Shown here piece by piece: positions 51,520-64,000 of a DNA stretch of 64,000 nt. The notes under the pieces were generated by a model. It worked only from the letters and a program-made list of their open reading frames with translations, did not search any database and had not been told where the DNA came from. Source of the stretch: Octopus vulgaris (taxonomy: Eukaryota). The position numbers and the translations under genes were made by a program. The first letter of the stretch is position 1, and every line of letters starts with the position of its first letter. The stretch is taken from positions 97,836,001 through 97,900,000 of the forward strand of contig OX597814.1 in NCBI GenBank assembly GCA_951406725.2, given 5' to 3'.

Positions 51520-52160
51520 GAAGCTGTGATAGGTTATACAAAAGTGAGACATGCCACCCCCTCAAAATAAGGGTAGAGGAACATTGCAAAGCTGTGACAC
51601 TAGGAGATATTGATAAATTGGGTAGAGCTGATCATGTATGGAAAAATGGAGACCACCTCCCCCTGTGGGATGAAGTTAAAATAATAGACAGAGAACACCA
51701 CTGGAAAATATGAAAACTAAAGAAACAGCATATATGCTGGAACACAACAACCTCCTAAGCAGACCGAGTGCAGATATGAATAGCATATGGGAACCGGTAT
51801 TAAGGAAGGATAGGAAAATATTAGATTTATAAGCCCTAAAATTCATTCCATAATTGCCCACAGGCATATGGCGTAGTGGTTAAGAGTGCAGGCTACTAAC
51901 CCCAAGATTCTGAGTTTGATTCCAGGCAGTGACCTGAATAATAATAATGATGATAAGAACAAGAAGAAGAAGAACAACAACAACAACATCGAAAAAAATA
52001 CCTTAGGAATGAGAACCCAGGTTTGAAATTTTCCCCAAGATACCTGATGAAGGCTAGAGGGTATATCAGCTGAAACATTGTGTTAACAACAAACAAGATG
52101 AGGACAAATATCCGTCAAATGTAAATAATGTTCATAATTCCTCATCTCTTAAGTATAGAA
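51520..52160 (+). mobile_element. PLE 3' fragment (GIY-YIG remnant, tRNA-like module, hammerhead-like motif)
   Basis: Homologous to ~41320-41880; CTGATGA at 52044 ... GAAAC at 52072. Confidence 0.8.
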
Positions 52161-52329
52161 CTGAGTGATTTGTAGTTTGAAGGACACCCAGAATATACAA
52201 AAAGTGGATGACAAAGGAATAATACTGAATTACTTGAGCTTTCATCAATGAATAATCAGCTCTTTATTTACTTTTGAGTTGTGATGGTCTTTTATTTCTC
52301 AGAGGCATTGGTGGAGATAGTGAAACAGT

Positions 52330-52640
52330 TCCCATCAGAAACAAAATCAGGATTTCACTGCAGAATAGATGTATTACACTACATGGCTCCAGTACTGCAG
52401 TTATGTGAACAGAATGTTGCAAGATGGATTCTTCAAGCCAAGCTAACCAGCAAGAGACCTTGGAGTTGACCAAGAACGAAATGTTTGGATAATATCTATA
52501 GACTTAGTTGGTCATGCTTGGAAATCCATCTGGAAAGCATAATGATGGTTGCTTGTTATAGGACCCTTTGGAGGAGGTGCCTGGGGATTGTATCTCCATG
52601 ACCCTCCCAGGAATAGTGGGAAGAAAGAATGGATGGATGA
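52330..52640 (+). mobile_element. RTE-like LINE 3' end remnant; related copy at ~57030-57290
   Basis: ILQAKLTSKRPWS*PRTKCLDNI and IFEAEPTGKRSRGRLRMRWLDNI are typical C-terminal motifs of RTE-type ORF2. Confidence 0.6.
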
Positions 52641-52682
52641 ATAAAAAGATATAAATAGTAAAAGTTATATGTTTCTTTTTAG

Positions 52683-52851
52683 GATGATCCTAATGCTCAC
52701 GAAAAATTTTTGAAAATCACCAGAGCTTATGAAGTGTTGAAAGATGATAAGCTACGGAAAAAGTTTGATACATATGGTGAAGATGGTTTGAAGGAAGATT
52801 TCCATGGTGGGCACCACTATGAAAGCTGGTCCTTTTACCAAGATGAATTTG
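52683..52851 (+). CDS. DNAJC10: DNAJC10 exon (DDPNAHEKFLKITRAYEVLKDDKLRKKFDTYGEDGLKEDFHGGHHYESWSFYQDEFG)
   Basis: tttag acceptor, gtaggt donor, phase 0/1; J-domain helices III-IV. Confidence 0.95.
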
Positions 52852-52940
52852 GTAGGTTTTTTGAAGTTTCACATGCTTAACTGAAATTATAACTCAAACA
52901 CTATATTTTTGGCTTACCAAAACTTCTTTTCTCCTTCCAG

Positions 52941-52991
52941 GTATATATGATGATGATCCAGAAATTATAACATTAAGTCTTTCTGATTTTG
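52941..52991 (+). CDS. DNAJC10: DNAJC10 exon (IYDDDPEIITLSLSDF)
   Basis: ccttccag acceptor, gtaagt donor, phase 1/1. Confidence 0.95.
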
Positions 52992-55900
52992 GTAAGTATT
53001 TTCCTATGGAAACTATTTTCTTGGCTTTATGTAGTGAAGCTGATATTGTTTTCAAAAAGTCAATATTCTTGATTATGCATCTTGTAAAAGTTCTTTTACA
53101 TTTTCCACATAAATTTTGACTACTACATTTATTATTATGGATGGTGGATTGACAGCATTGTAAGAACATCAGACAAAATGCCTCTTATTAATTGCTTTGG
53201 GACTTCACATTTTGAATTCAGATCCTAATGAGGCCAACTTTACCTTTTGTTCTTTTGGAGGGATCAATAAAGTATATTAACTGTTAAGTACTAGGGTAGT
53301 TGTAATTAACTATTTCATTCTCCCTTGTGCTTATATTATTGCTAGCATTATTATGTTGATAGACTAGGCCTCTGGATTTGTACCACGTTCACAGAATAAC
53401 AATTTTAGTTGGATCTTATAGGGTACATAGAATTTTCTATGCTAGAATATGAAGGTGTTGTAAAGGAGAGATGTCGGCCTTCTGAACCAAATAGATATAT
53501 CGATTTAATGTTTACTTCCTCTTAATAGTGCATGTTAAAAGGTCAATAGAGAGTTATTTATTTTTGACTCAATTTTAATTAACTTATATTCTCAAAATAG
53601 CAATCTTTGATAACTGAATATCAAACAATTATTAAGAATAAGCATCTATTCCATTCATTGAAACTACTTATGTTGTTTAAGTTTGGCTGTTTATCTATGT
53701 ATTTATCTTGTTAGAACAGTTAATTTGAATTTCAGACAAGCACTACTTGGAATCAAACTGATTTAATTCTGACCAGAAAAGGTGAGGAGCAAATAGTTAT
53801 GGACACAAAGTTTATCTAATGAATTCATATTAGAAATATTTTTGGGAAGGTGAGGAACAGCTAATGGCTTATAGAATCTGAAGCATTCATAAAACTAGCC
53901 AGTAAATATGTGAAGAAAAATGCATGCAGTGTACTCATATAGTATAAATGACAGTGGGTTGTATAATGACAACACATAATCCATCTGCTAATTGTATAGA
54001 TGACGTAGACCTATGTTCAACTGCATTCCAGCTGTGACCATCCTCTCCTCTTTTCAACCATAGTGTATCTAGAAGTGTACTTCTTTTTAAGATGACAGTG
54101 TAATTTGACAAAAGATTTGGCTGTTATTTCTTGAAAGGAAGGTAACATTGCAGAGACTGTTGTGTTTGTAATTAAGTTTAGTGGCAATAGGTGGTTGAGT
54201 TTCAGTTATTTGTTGTTCCTTGTTACTGAATTGTTAATCAGCATATTAATCATTTATGATTGTATATTTATTTTACTAATCACATCAAAGCTTCAATCTC
54301 AATCAATTTACTTAAGGAATATAAATTTAAAAAACATAAGTCAAACTCCAATTTTCTTTTTATATAGAAACAGTTGGAAGAGATGCTTTGAAAGTATACA
54401 TTTTGATTTAAGATATTTTTCTACTACTTTGAACTTGAGTTAACTTGCCACTATTGATGTATTTGTTGAATGGTTAGAAGCAAAAAAGAAGGAGAAGCCA
54501 GGTAAGACAGAGAGAGAGAAGCTTGATGATCTTGCCAACCAGCTGGCTTTGGAGAGAATTGCCTGATAACTTGCTCAGTTGTGTGTGAGATAGGGCATGG
54601 AGATCCATGATTGCTACTGCCTGTCAGCATGGCACATAACAAAGAAGAACATACTGCAGATAAAAATGTGTTAGGTATGAGAACAGACACTATTGATATG
54701 CTAAGGTAGACTTGGGATAGATAAATTTGATCTAAACAAATTTTAAAGCTAAAGCAACAAATATTAAAGGACAAAGAAATCTATTTTGAGGTTCTGTCTA
54801 ACCTGTTTGCAACTGTGTGTAAATGACAGACATTAAACTTTTAATTATGACTATGATACTTTGGTATTTCTCATTTTTCTTTGTTGAAATATATTTTGAT
54901 AATGATTGTAGTATATCTCATGTAGTATACCTTATGTTGCAACTAAAATATTTCCTTGCTGTAAAAGTATTAAACATCTGTTGCCAACTACTATTATTGG
55001 TAATGTTTATTATGTATTGATTGTCATTTGACATCTATTTACATATGGTGACATGATTTATTTTAAAAACAAGAGTATAGTGAAAATTAAGTTTTTTTTT
55101 TATTTTCATTTATTTTATCACAATTCAAATTGTATTTCATCAGAGAAATTTTTACTATTTTTAGTGATGTAGGCTTAAGCGTAATGAATACTGTTTAATT
55201 TTACAACAGAGTAGAAAAAATGTATTTTAATTCTTGTATTCAGTATTATACTCTTAGTAAGATAAATTGTTTATTACTATTTTAATTGTATCATTCCAAG
55301 ATCTGTGGTGCTGGGTAAGTAAATAGGCTTGTTTCCATAGATGTGATTGAGAATTTTCTAAAATAACTTTTCAAGCCATAGCTGTTGAAATTAGATTCCT
55401 GCCATACTATGAACAAATTTAATGACAATGAGGGCTATTCTGGCTGTCTTCAGGGCAGCTATGAAAAATTATTGCAATATAGATTGATACATTCATTGTC
55501 TGTCTTATGAAGAACAGGAAAATCATTGTTGACATTTTAGACAACATTTGATAATAACAACACATACAAATTGGTGCCACTTCTGTAAAAAAATGAAAAT
55601 GACTGAAGCAGTTTTGATTTGTGGGATGTATTATATGTAAAGCAAAAACAATCCATGCATTTCTCTGAAAAGCTGATATGCTGGCATTTAATTGACTCAG
55701 GAACATAAGAATTAGATGTCATCAGACCGATAAAAAAAAAAGATTGTTTGCTTGTGCAAAATGAAACTTAATTTATTTGCCTCTGATGGCCAAGTGTATG
55801 CCTGCCATCATACAGGAGAACTTCACCCAGAGTACATGGATCTAACAGTTTAGCATGGTTGTCATGGTCTTGGGTTGTGTGCCTGGAAAAGGAGTCAGTT

Positions 55901-56487
55901 CCAATATGAACAGTACTTTTTATCATGCTTTTGTTTTGATGTATTAGGTCTGTAATGTCGTAAGAAAATATTAGGAAGAAGAGATAGGGTGTGATGATTA
56001 TGCTTAAATGGGATTGAGTTTAAAAGTCCCATAGAAAGTGGAAATAATTTTGGCAACTTTTGGAAAATTAGATGTAAAATGTATTTTTTACTATGGCATA
56101 CATTTATTTTCCTGTATAGTGACGGTCTGGTTAACTGGAATTACTGTACTATGTATTTATTGTCGGAAAATCTTGGTATGTTGTTTATGGTTGTTTCGCT
56201 CCAGGACATTTATGGTCAACAAAGCCCCTGGTTCCATCCTAAACCTTCCCTTCCTTTTAGGGTATCTAAAACCACATTATCTAATATATCCTTTATTTAA
56301 GTTGGATTGGGATTTCAGAGGAATATTTGGTTGTTATTTCTAGCTGATCAAATGATCATGATGAGGCTCCCTTAGCATCTTTATCTTGGTTTTAGAGATG
56401 AGGCCGTGATCAGAGAAATGTATTATTTCTTTTTAATTCCACTTTTTCAATTTCTTAAGTCTGAATTTATTTTGAATTCTATTTCAG

Positions 56488-56573
56488 AACAATCTGTCGA
56501 GGGCACTGAAGATATTTGGTTCATCAATTATTACTCACCTCATTGCTCTCACTGCCATCATTTGGCACCTGTG
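56488..56573 (+). CDS. DNAJC10: DNAJC10 exon, Trx1 active site (EQSVEGTEDIWFINYYSPHCSHCHHLAPV)
   Basis: tttcag acceptor, gtaagg donor; CSHC motif. Confidence 0.95.
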
Positions 56574-58143
56574 GTAAGGTTACTTCATTTACATTAGCTG
56601 ATCAACAAAAATATAATGATGTGTATGTGTGTGTGTGTGTGTAGATGACTAAGTGCCAAGATATCTGGTGCACTGCTGTACTCAAGAGGACCTGTCTGCC
56701 ACAGCTGAATTAATACCGGTGCTGGTGCCATGTTAAAAGCACACAGTACACTCTATGGAGAGGTTGGTGTTAGGAAGGGCATTCAGCCATAGAAACCATG
56801 TCAAAAAAGACAATGGAGCCTGGTGCAGCCCCTGGCTTTACCAGCTCCAGTCAAACTGTCCAGCCCATACCAGCATGGGAGATTGACATTAAATGATGAT
56901 GATGATACTGGTTTTTAAATGTTACATCAGATAGCAATAATCTTTCAATCTTAAAATTTTAATTAATTCGAAAAACATCAAAATCATACTTGAACATCTT
57001 CACTTGTCTCAATGATATTCCACTGATATGCAGAGTGCACTGGGAAAACTTTCTTGAGAGTACCAGTGCAACAGATTTTTGAAGCTGAGCCAACTGGCAA
57101 GAGATCTAGGGGTAGATTAAGAATGAGATGGTTGGATAATATCCTAATCTCAGTTGGTAGTGCTTTGGGAATCCAACCTGAAATTCAGATAACAGTTGCT
57201 TCTGAAAAGACCCTATGGGGGAGGTGCCAGAGGACTGCTCCCCCAGCCAATCCAAGGAATTGTAGGTGAAGAAGAAAGATGTATGGATCAATCAATCTAT
57301 AATTGAACAAAGAGACAATCAGAAAGTTATTGAGGCCAGTAGTATATGTACAAAGTGATAACAAAAAGCTTTCATTTAAAATGTTTTTATTTAAATTAAA
57401 GTGGTGAATCATTAATACATTGGACAAAATGCTTAGCAGCACTTCTTCCAGCCTGTTATGTTCTGAGTTCAAATTCCACTGAAGTTGACTTTGTCTTTCG
57501 TCCTTCCAGGGTCAATGAAATAAAATAGGCTTGCAACCAACTTGCCCCACCCTTCAGAATCATTGGCCTTTGTACCAAAATTGGAAGAATCATAAAATGA
57601 TTGAACTTTTTGTAAATTATGTCATTATAAAACACTAATTTGGTACAGTGGATTAGCAGATTGTCAAGACTGTCACAAAAAGATATTTTGTGATTTTTTT
57701 TAGGATCTTTACTTTCTGTGTTTAAATCCTGCTGAGATTAACTGTTCCTTTCAAACTCTCAGGGTCGATAAATAAAAAAGTAGTCTAATATTGGGATTGG
57801 TATAATTGACTATTCCTTCCTCTAATATTTCAGGCCTTGTTTATATGGTAGAAACCATTGTTAAACATTAATTTAATAACAATGAAATGCTTATTGAATA
57901 AAATCCCTCTAAAAGATGAATTCTTGATAATGCAATTATACTTTTCCAGACTTCATTTTTAAAGATGAAGCATTGTTTTGATATTTACATCTACTCTACA
58001 TTTCAATTGGTTTTAATTGATGTCTGATTGTCATCAGAAACCGTCATTCCAAAAGACTAAAATTGTGATTATAATGAATTTTAAAGTAAATTGTATATAT
58101 CAATTATAAATACAAATTATTATTTGATTCTGTTTTCTTTCAG

Positions 58144-58269
58144 TGGCGTGAAGTTGCTCGACAACTTGATGGCGTTTTACGAATTGGTGCTGTGAATTGT
58201 CAGGATGACTGGAACTTATGTCGTATGCAAGGAATTCGTTCCTATCCAACCTTAATGCTTTATCCAGTG
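58144..58269 (+). CDS. DNAJC10: DNAJC10 exon (WREVARQLDGVLRIGAVNCQDDWNLCRMQGIRSYPTLMLYPV)
   Basis: ctttcag acceptor, gtaaga donor; RIGAVNC and SYPTL thioredoxin motifs. Confidence 0.95.
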
Positions 58270-58469
58270 GTAAGATAAATTTGAATGCCATTATCCTGTA
58301 GGATATTACATCTTTCCTTTGTCTCCGAGCAATTGAGTGTTTCTAATTATTAAAAAGAAAATAGGTGCTGGCATGGTTTTGTGGTTATGAATTAATTTTT
58401 AAAACATATAGTTTCAGATTCAATCCCAGTGCATGATACCTTGACCAATGTGAATTTGGAAGATTTCTC

Positions 58470-59780
58470 TTATATCTAAGTTTTCTCTCAATACATTTTA
58501 TTGTACCTGCATACTGATATTGCTCATTCAGTGGAGCATACTAGCTTCATTCCTTTTTAGTTTTTTCATGTCCACTGCGTTCAGGTCTAATGTCTCATTA
58601 TCATGTACATTGCTGTTTGTATCACCATACAATCTACCTTTCACTCTGAGACAGAAACAGTTTGCAGCCAGCAGATGTAATAGCTCTTTGAACTTTCTCT
58701 ATCCTATTCTTGTTCAAGCAACAATAACTTCAGAACATCCTCCTCCACTGCAAATTAGGTCACTTAGGTAACAGAAACTATCTACTACTTTTAGTGAGCT
58801 TTCAGGCATTCTAGAAAATCTATTTCCTGGCACATCTTTCATATACAAACACTAATTCTCTTTGTTAGTCTTCCTGTGATTCTGCTGTACCTTTTACATA
58901 TTCATAATTTGCACTTGGTACACTGAATGGAATTCCTGCCTACACCTTTTCTACATATAAAGCAGGGTTATTTAATTGATGGAAGCAGAGTCCTGTTTAA
59001 TATCCTGCTTATTAACACTTTGGTTTTTGCTAAGTTAACTTTAAGATCTTTTGATTTCAGGTTTTGTTTCTACACCTGGATTTTCTTTTCTAGTTCTACT
59101 ATAGTTTCTGCTATAGAACGAGGTTGTTGACATAAAGGTTTTATTGAGGGCAATGAGTCTTAAATAGCTCTTGTAGCCTTGGGAACTATGATGAATAGGA
59201 GGGGGACTGAGTTCTGGTGAACTTGTACACTAAATTTATTGCTGTACTTGTTGCTAACTCTTATCTCATTGACATTACATGACTTATATAGCTCTTACAA
59301 GCTATTTATCTATCCCCAAGTTTTTCAGAGGGCACAAGATCACTGAGAGACAGAGTCTGTCAAAGGGTTTCTCCAGGTCAACAAATGCCAAGTACAGTGG
59401 TTTACTTTTAACTAAATACTCCTCTTACAGTTATCCAGTCATCTTACTAGGAAGATGATTTCAGTTGTAGTAGTTACCAATAATGCTGCTCCACCAGTAT
59501 TAAGAATGACACCTTGTGAAACCTGATTAACAATACAGGTGACTAGACTGTATTCTACTCCACCAAGTTATATTTTAAGCAACTCAACAGTGATTCCTGA
59601 TGGACTAGGGGCCTTTCCCTGCCTTCATCTCCTTATTGCTCTATCTGTCATACTGCTGTCAATTAGGATAGCTGGTCTTTCTTTTGGGTTCACATTAGGA
59701 GGACCTGTTTTCTCCTGAGCTTTCTCCATATTTAATAGCCTTTCATTGTAGCAGTTTAATTACTATACATGTTCACCACA
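58470..59780 (-). mobile_element. Fragmented RTE-like LINE
   Basis: Minus-strand remnants such as GKAPSPSGITVELLK (~59575-59620) plus a 3'-end segment at ~58480-58930. Confidence 0.55.
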
Positions 59781-60581
59781 CAAAGGTTAGTAAGATATAG
59801 ATATGTACTTAAACTCTGAGTGCTGTGATAAAATATACTTAAACACAATGAGAGTTGAAGTAATGGAGTAAGCAGTATACTCTAAGAGTAAGTAAAGACA
59901 TTCAATAATAATAATAATAATGATGTATTAATTATACTCCTAAGCAATGGCTTTTAATGCTGTGGATAATTATATTTTTATGAAGAAATTGTAAATTACA
60001 AATTTCAATTAGGAGATATAATTGTTAAAGGATTTAGTTAGTGTTACAATTGGGTAGCTGTTCTTATATTTTACCCTCTGCTTTTTTCCTTTTTTTTATC
60101 TTCAAATATCTTGTCTTGAACTCTTATGGAAGTTATCTCTACACCTATTTTCTTCTTCATTTGTATGTTGTCATCATCACTATCATTTTATTATGATGCT
60201 CTTTATTTAGATTGTTAGTCTAGTAGTAATAGTAGATGGAGAAGGAGGAGGAAGACGTGAATATTGACCAGCTGACAATTTCTTCCACCTCCTATTACTT
60301 CTACTAATTCTTCTCCTCCATATCTATAAACTATACTTTTTAACCCACCCTTCATTCCTGGAGCATCTGATCTACCCCAATGGTTTACAGTAGGAAAATA
60401 ATTAAAATTAAAATAAAAAAAAAGAAGAAAATCTAGATTGTAAATCTTGGAACATTATGTTTGAAGAAACATAATGTCCTTATTGATTTCATGATAAAGA
60501 TGAATTGCTTGTCATAGATGGTGTTCAGTATTATTTTATCATATTATTTAATATATATTATATCCTATATATTTTATATAG

Positions 60582-60741
60582 AGAGAAAGGTACAAGGGTG
60601 AACGAAGCACTGAAGCTCTTATCAAGTATGCCTTGGCAAATGTTCAGGCAAATGTTTTCACATTATATCCTTCTAACTTCAAGTCTGAAACAACTGAAAG
60701 GAATCTTCCATGGCTCATAAACTATTGCAGTGGTGATGGAG
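60582..60741 (+). CDS. DNAJC10: DNAJC10 exon (RERYKGERSTEALIKYALANVQANVFTLYPSNFKSETTERNLPWLINYCSGDG)
   Basis: tatag acceptor, gttagt donor, phase 0/1; Y.G.RS...L..YA and PWLI.YC motifs. Confidence 0.9.
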
Positions 60742-61539
60742 GTTAGTTTTTATTCAAAATTTTGTAAATGAGAATTATTTGATCCAAGTTGTAAGAAATT
60801 TTTATAGTTATTTAAAAAAAATATTTGTATTTGAAATTAAAGATTGATAAAATTGGAGTTTTTAATTAATAATATAAACTTTGACAGAAAAATGCATTGT
60901 AACAAAACATTTGGTTCAGGCATGGTAGTGTGGATAACCCTTTAGCATTTGAACTGGCCATATATTCTGCCGATTTTATATTCAGATTAGCCAAATCCAG
61001 CCTCTCACACCTACCCTACAATGTCATTTTATAGTAAACAATCACATCATCAAAATTAAGAAAGTTTGTTTCTCAACAAGATGGTTTCAGGTTCAGCCCC
61101 AACTGTGTAGCTCCTTTGGCAAGTGTCTTTTTGTTATAGCCCCAGGTTGACCAAAGCTTTGTGAGTGGATTTGGGTGGCCAAAACTGAAAGAAGCCCATT
61201 GTATGTATGTGTGTATTTCATATTGACATCGTGTGCTTATGATAAACAAACCTCACCTTCATGTATATGGTGTTGTTGTTTGCCATCTTCCTTGAAAATA
61301 TGTTCAGCCATTGTGCTGTTTGTGTTCAAAAGATCAAAGGGAATATTACTTTGCTTGTGAATATATGATGCTTGACAAAAAGAGGAGCATTCAGCCATAG
61401 AAAATTTGCCTCAACAAATTTCATGTGAACTATACAAGCATGGTAGAATGAATGTTAAAATGATGATGGATAGGGAAGTATCAATAAGTTAGATATAGTA
61501 ATCTGATATTTTTTTGCTTTAGTATATGGTTTTAGTAGT

Positions 61540-61790
61540 GGAGGCGCGTGGCTTAGTGGTTAGGGTGTCAGCATCATGATTGTAAGATTGTGGTTTTGAT
61601 TCCTGGACTGGGCGACGTGTTGTGTTCTTGAGCAAAACACTTCATTTCACATTGCTCCAATCCACTCAGCTGGCAAAAATGAGTAATGCTGCGATGGACT
61701 GGCATCCCGTCCAGCTGGGGAACACATACGCCATAGAAACCGGGAAACGGCCCATGAACCTGGCTAGGATTTAAAAAGGGCACATTTATT
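61540..61790 (+). mobile_element. Family D tRNA-derived SINE
   Basis: GGCGCGTGGCTTAGTGGTTAGGG head; homologous to 12512-12760. Confidence 0.8.
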
Positions 61791-61981
61791 TTATTTATAT
61801 GGTTTTAGTTAACAAAATATGCATGAAAATTAATTTTAAAAATTAGCAATGTTGCTCTTTTCTCTTAAGAAAAACTCACAACAACTTTATTTCTAGTTAC
61901 CTTTTTTAATGGTCTAAGTATTTAAATATGTTTGGACTAACTTACATATTTCTAATGTTTGCCCATTTTACCTTGTTTCAG

Positions 61982-62025
61982 ATTGCTTGTCTTCCAATAC
62001 TGAACTGAAAGTAGCTACCATGTTG
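61982..62025 (+). CDS. DNAJC10: DNAJC10 exon (DCLSSNTELKVATML)
   Basis: tttcag acceptor, gtaagt donor, phase 1/0. Confidence 0.9.
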
Positions 62026-62127
62026 GTAAGTGTCTTTCACATTTCTTTTTGAAATGAATTCTCTCCTTAAATTTAAAAAAAAAAAAAAACATTCTTAAAT
62101 TGCCTTTTCACTCTATTAAATTTTCAG

Positions 62128-62250
62128 GAAAGTTTGGTGAATGTCGGAACAGTCAATTGTGATAGACATAGTTCCTTATGTTCAAAAATGGGAGCCAGTG
62201 ATGGTGTATATTTTTACAAATTGGGAGAAGTGGAGAAAGACAAAGGAATG
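62128..62250 (+). CDS. DNAJC10: DNAJC10 exon (ESLVNVGTVNCDRHSSLCSKMGASDGVYFYKLGEVEKDKGM)
   Basis: ttttcag acceptor, gtaagt donor, phase 0/0; LVNVG.V.C motif. Confidence 0.9.
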
Positions 62251-63346
62251 GTAAGTTATAATACCAATTTGTTTATCTAATTGAAAAATCATCAAGAAGT
62301 AAATTGTGTAGGATTTACAGTGACTGCTGAAATGTAAACTATTTTATAAAGTACCATTTAAAGATAGTTGTGACAAAAGAATTATAATAACAACAAACTG
62401 AATTGTGTAGGTTTTTGTCTGTTCTGTTTTGACATGTTTTTAAATGTGACAAACATTAGGTGATTCAGATGTCCCTTTAGCATTTAAGTAACATAGAAAT
62501 TTGTGATTTTTTTTTTATAGTGTTATAGTGTTTTTATGTATTTTCAATACTGTCATTGCAATTTTGCTGTGAGTATTTATTCATTTGTTTATTTCATGTC
62601 TGTTTTTCCATACCAGCATGAATTTAGATGGCAAGTTGTTTGAGACAGGATATTCTGGCTGGATGCTCTTTCTATCACCAACCCTTACCTGTTTTCCAAG
62701 TCAGGGATTTCTTTATTCCAAATGTGTTTCAAATGTACTGAGTGATTGATCCTAATGTCAACGAATGTTGACATCGCTACCACTTCACTCAATCAGTGAC
62801 AAGCATGGTGTATGAGCTTTCACATATTCATCTGACTCATGCTAGCATGGAAAAGTGTACATAAAATAAACAAATGAATACATGTGTATGTGTGTGTGTG
62901 TGTATATTTTCTCTCACCTTTTTCAGTCATTTGACTATGGCCACACTGGAGCACAGCCTTAAAGTGTTTTAGTCGGATAAATCGACCCCAGGACTTACTT
63001 TTTAAGCCTAGTACTTATTCTATCAGTCACTTTTGCTGAACCACTAAGTTATGGTGATACAAGCACACCAATACCAGTTGTCAAGCAGTGATAGGGGTGA
63101 AGAGGGCCAAACACAGACGCAAAAACACACGTAGATATCTATCTCTCTTTGCTCTTTTACTTGTTTCAGTCATTTGACTGTGGCCATGCTGGATCACTGC
63201 TTTTGTTGACCCCAGGACTTATTCTTTGTAAGCCTAGTACATATTCTATTGGTCTCTTTTGCTGAACCGCTAAGTTATGGGGATGTAAACACCAGCATCG
63301 GTTGTCAAACGATGTTGGGGAGACAAACACATACACACATACATAC

Positions 63347-63377
<31 letters not shown>

Positions 63378-64000
63378 GTAGAAGGCATGAAACCAACTCG
63401 TTAATCACATAGCTGTGCTTGCATCACATTGTTTTATAAGTTTACTATCATTATTAAAAGATGGGAGAATGTTCATTTTCCTAAAAATAACAGCCATGAA
63501 TTCATCTCTCAGCAAGACACCTGTCCTGACCTTCTATTATACTTTCATATTCTTCAATACTATTCCCTACTCAGTTAAAGGGTTTTGCCTTGCAAGTACA
63601 TAGTAATCTCACTAGTGCTTGGCCATGAGAAAGCACACAGTACACTCTGTAAAGTGGTTGGTGTTAGGAAGGGCATCCAGCTGTAAAAACCATACCAAAG
63701 CAGTGGGGCTTAGTGCAGCCCTCTGGCTTGTCAATTCCTGTTGGACTATCCAACCCATGCCAGCATGTAAAAAGGAACATTAAATGATGATAATAACAAT
63801 ATACAGAGACACACTACATAGGTAATTCTGCTGTATGCATGAATTAAATGATTAAACAAAATAAATGATGCAAAATTGTTTATATATTCTTAATTTTTGT
63901 TCTAGTTTTAAAATCACATTTTCTTCAAAAATAAACAATTGTGGCTTCAGTTTTTTTGTGCATTATCTGTACATTTATTTTCTCTAACACATTGGCAGGC

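Larger units (their letters stand above)
50978..62250 (+). other. DNAJC10: DNAJC10 / ERdj5 gene, coding portion in window (continues beyond 64000)
   Basis: Signal peptide + J domain (HPD) + YESW.FY..EFGIYDDDPEIITL linker + thioredoxin CSHC is the diagnostic ERdj5 architecture; all exon phases are consistent. Confidence 0.95.

Noticed and set aside
61540-61615. tRNA gene candidates at SINE heads
   Set aside because: A/B boxes continue into SINE bodies; no complete cloverleaf or acceptor stem
63906-64000. Possible next DNAJC10 exon after TCTAG at 63901-63905
   Set aside because: No recognisable ERdj5 peptide or donor site before the window ends

Overview
AT-rich, repeat-dense animal genomic DNA. 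The SINE families and gene structure suggest an octopus/coleoid cephalopod (inference). Two spliced genes lie in tandem on the + strand. (1) The 3' part of a CEP89 orthologue: 13 phase-consistent coding exons from 477 to a stop at 24083, with a possible extra terminal exon at 24297-24330. (2) The 5' part of DNAJC10/ERdj5: a CpG-retaining promoter at ~29.3-30 kb with a perfect ERSE (CCAAT-N9-CCACG), a probable non-coding exon 1, a ~21-kb first intron, and 8 coding exons (51103-62250) covering the signal peptide, J domain and first thioredoxin domains; the gene runs off the window. Introns hold an RT-deleted Gypsy LTR element, a near-complete Neptune-type Penelope-like element (PLE) with promoter, splice donor and a variant hammerhead motif, two other PLE 3' fragments carrying a tRNA-like module, RTE-like LINE remnants, several MITEs (mariner-derived, TTAA/piggyBac-like, and two GG...CC elements with 8-bp TSDs and internal TTAGGG repeats), many SINEs, microsatellites and a ~285-bp fold-back. 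Most ORFs in the supplied track are spurious. All homology calls come from recognising motifs by eye, not from database searches.
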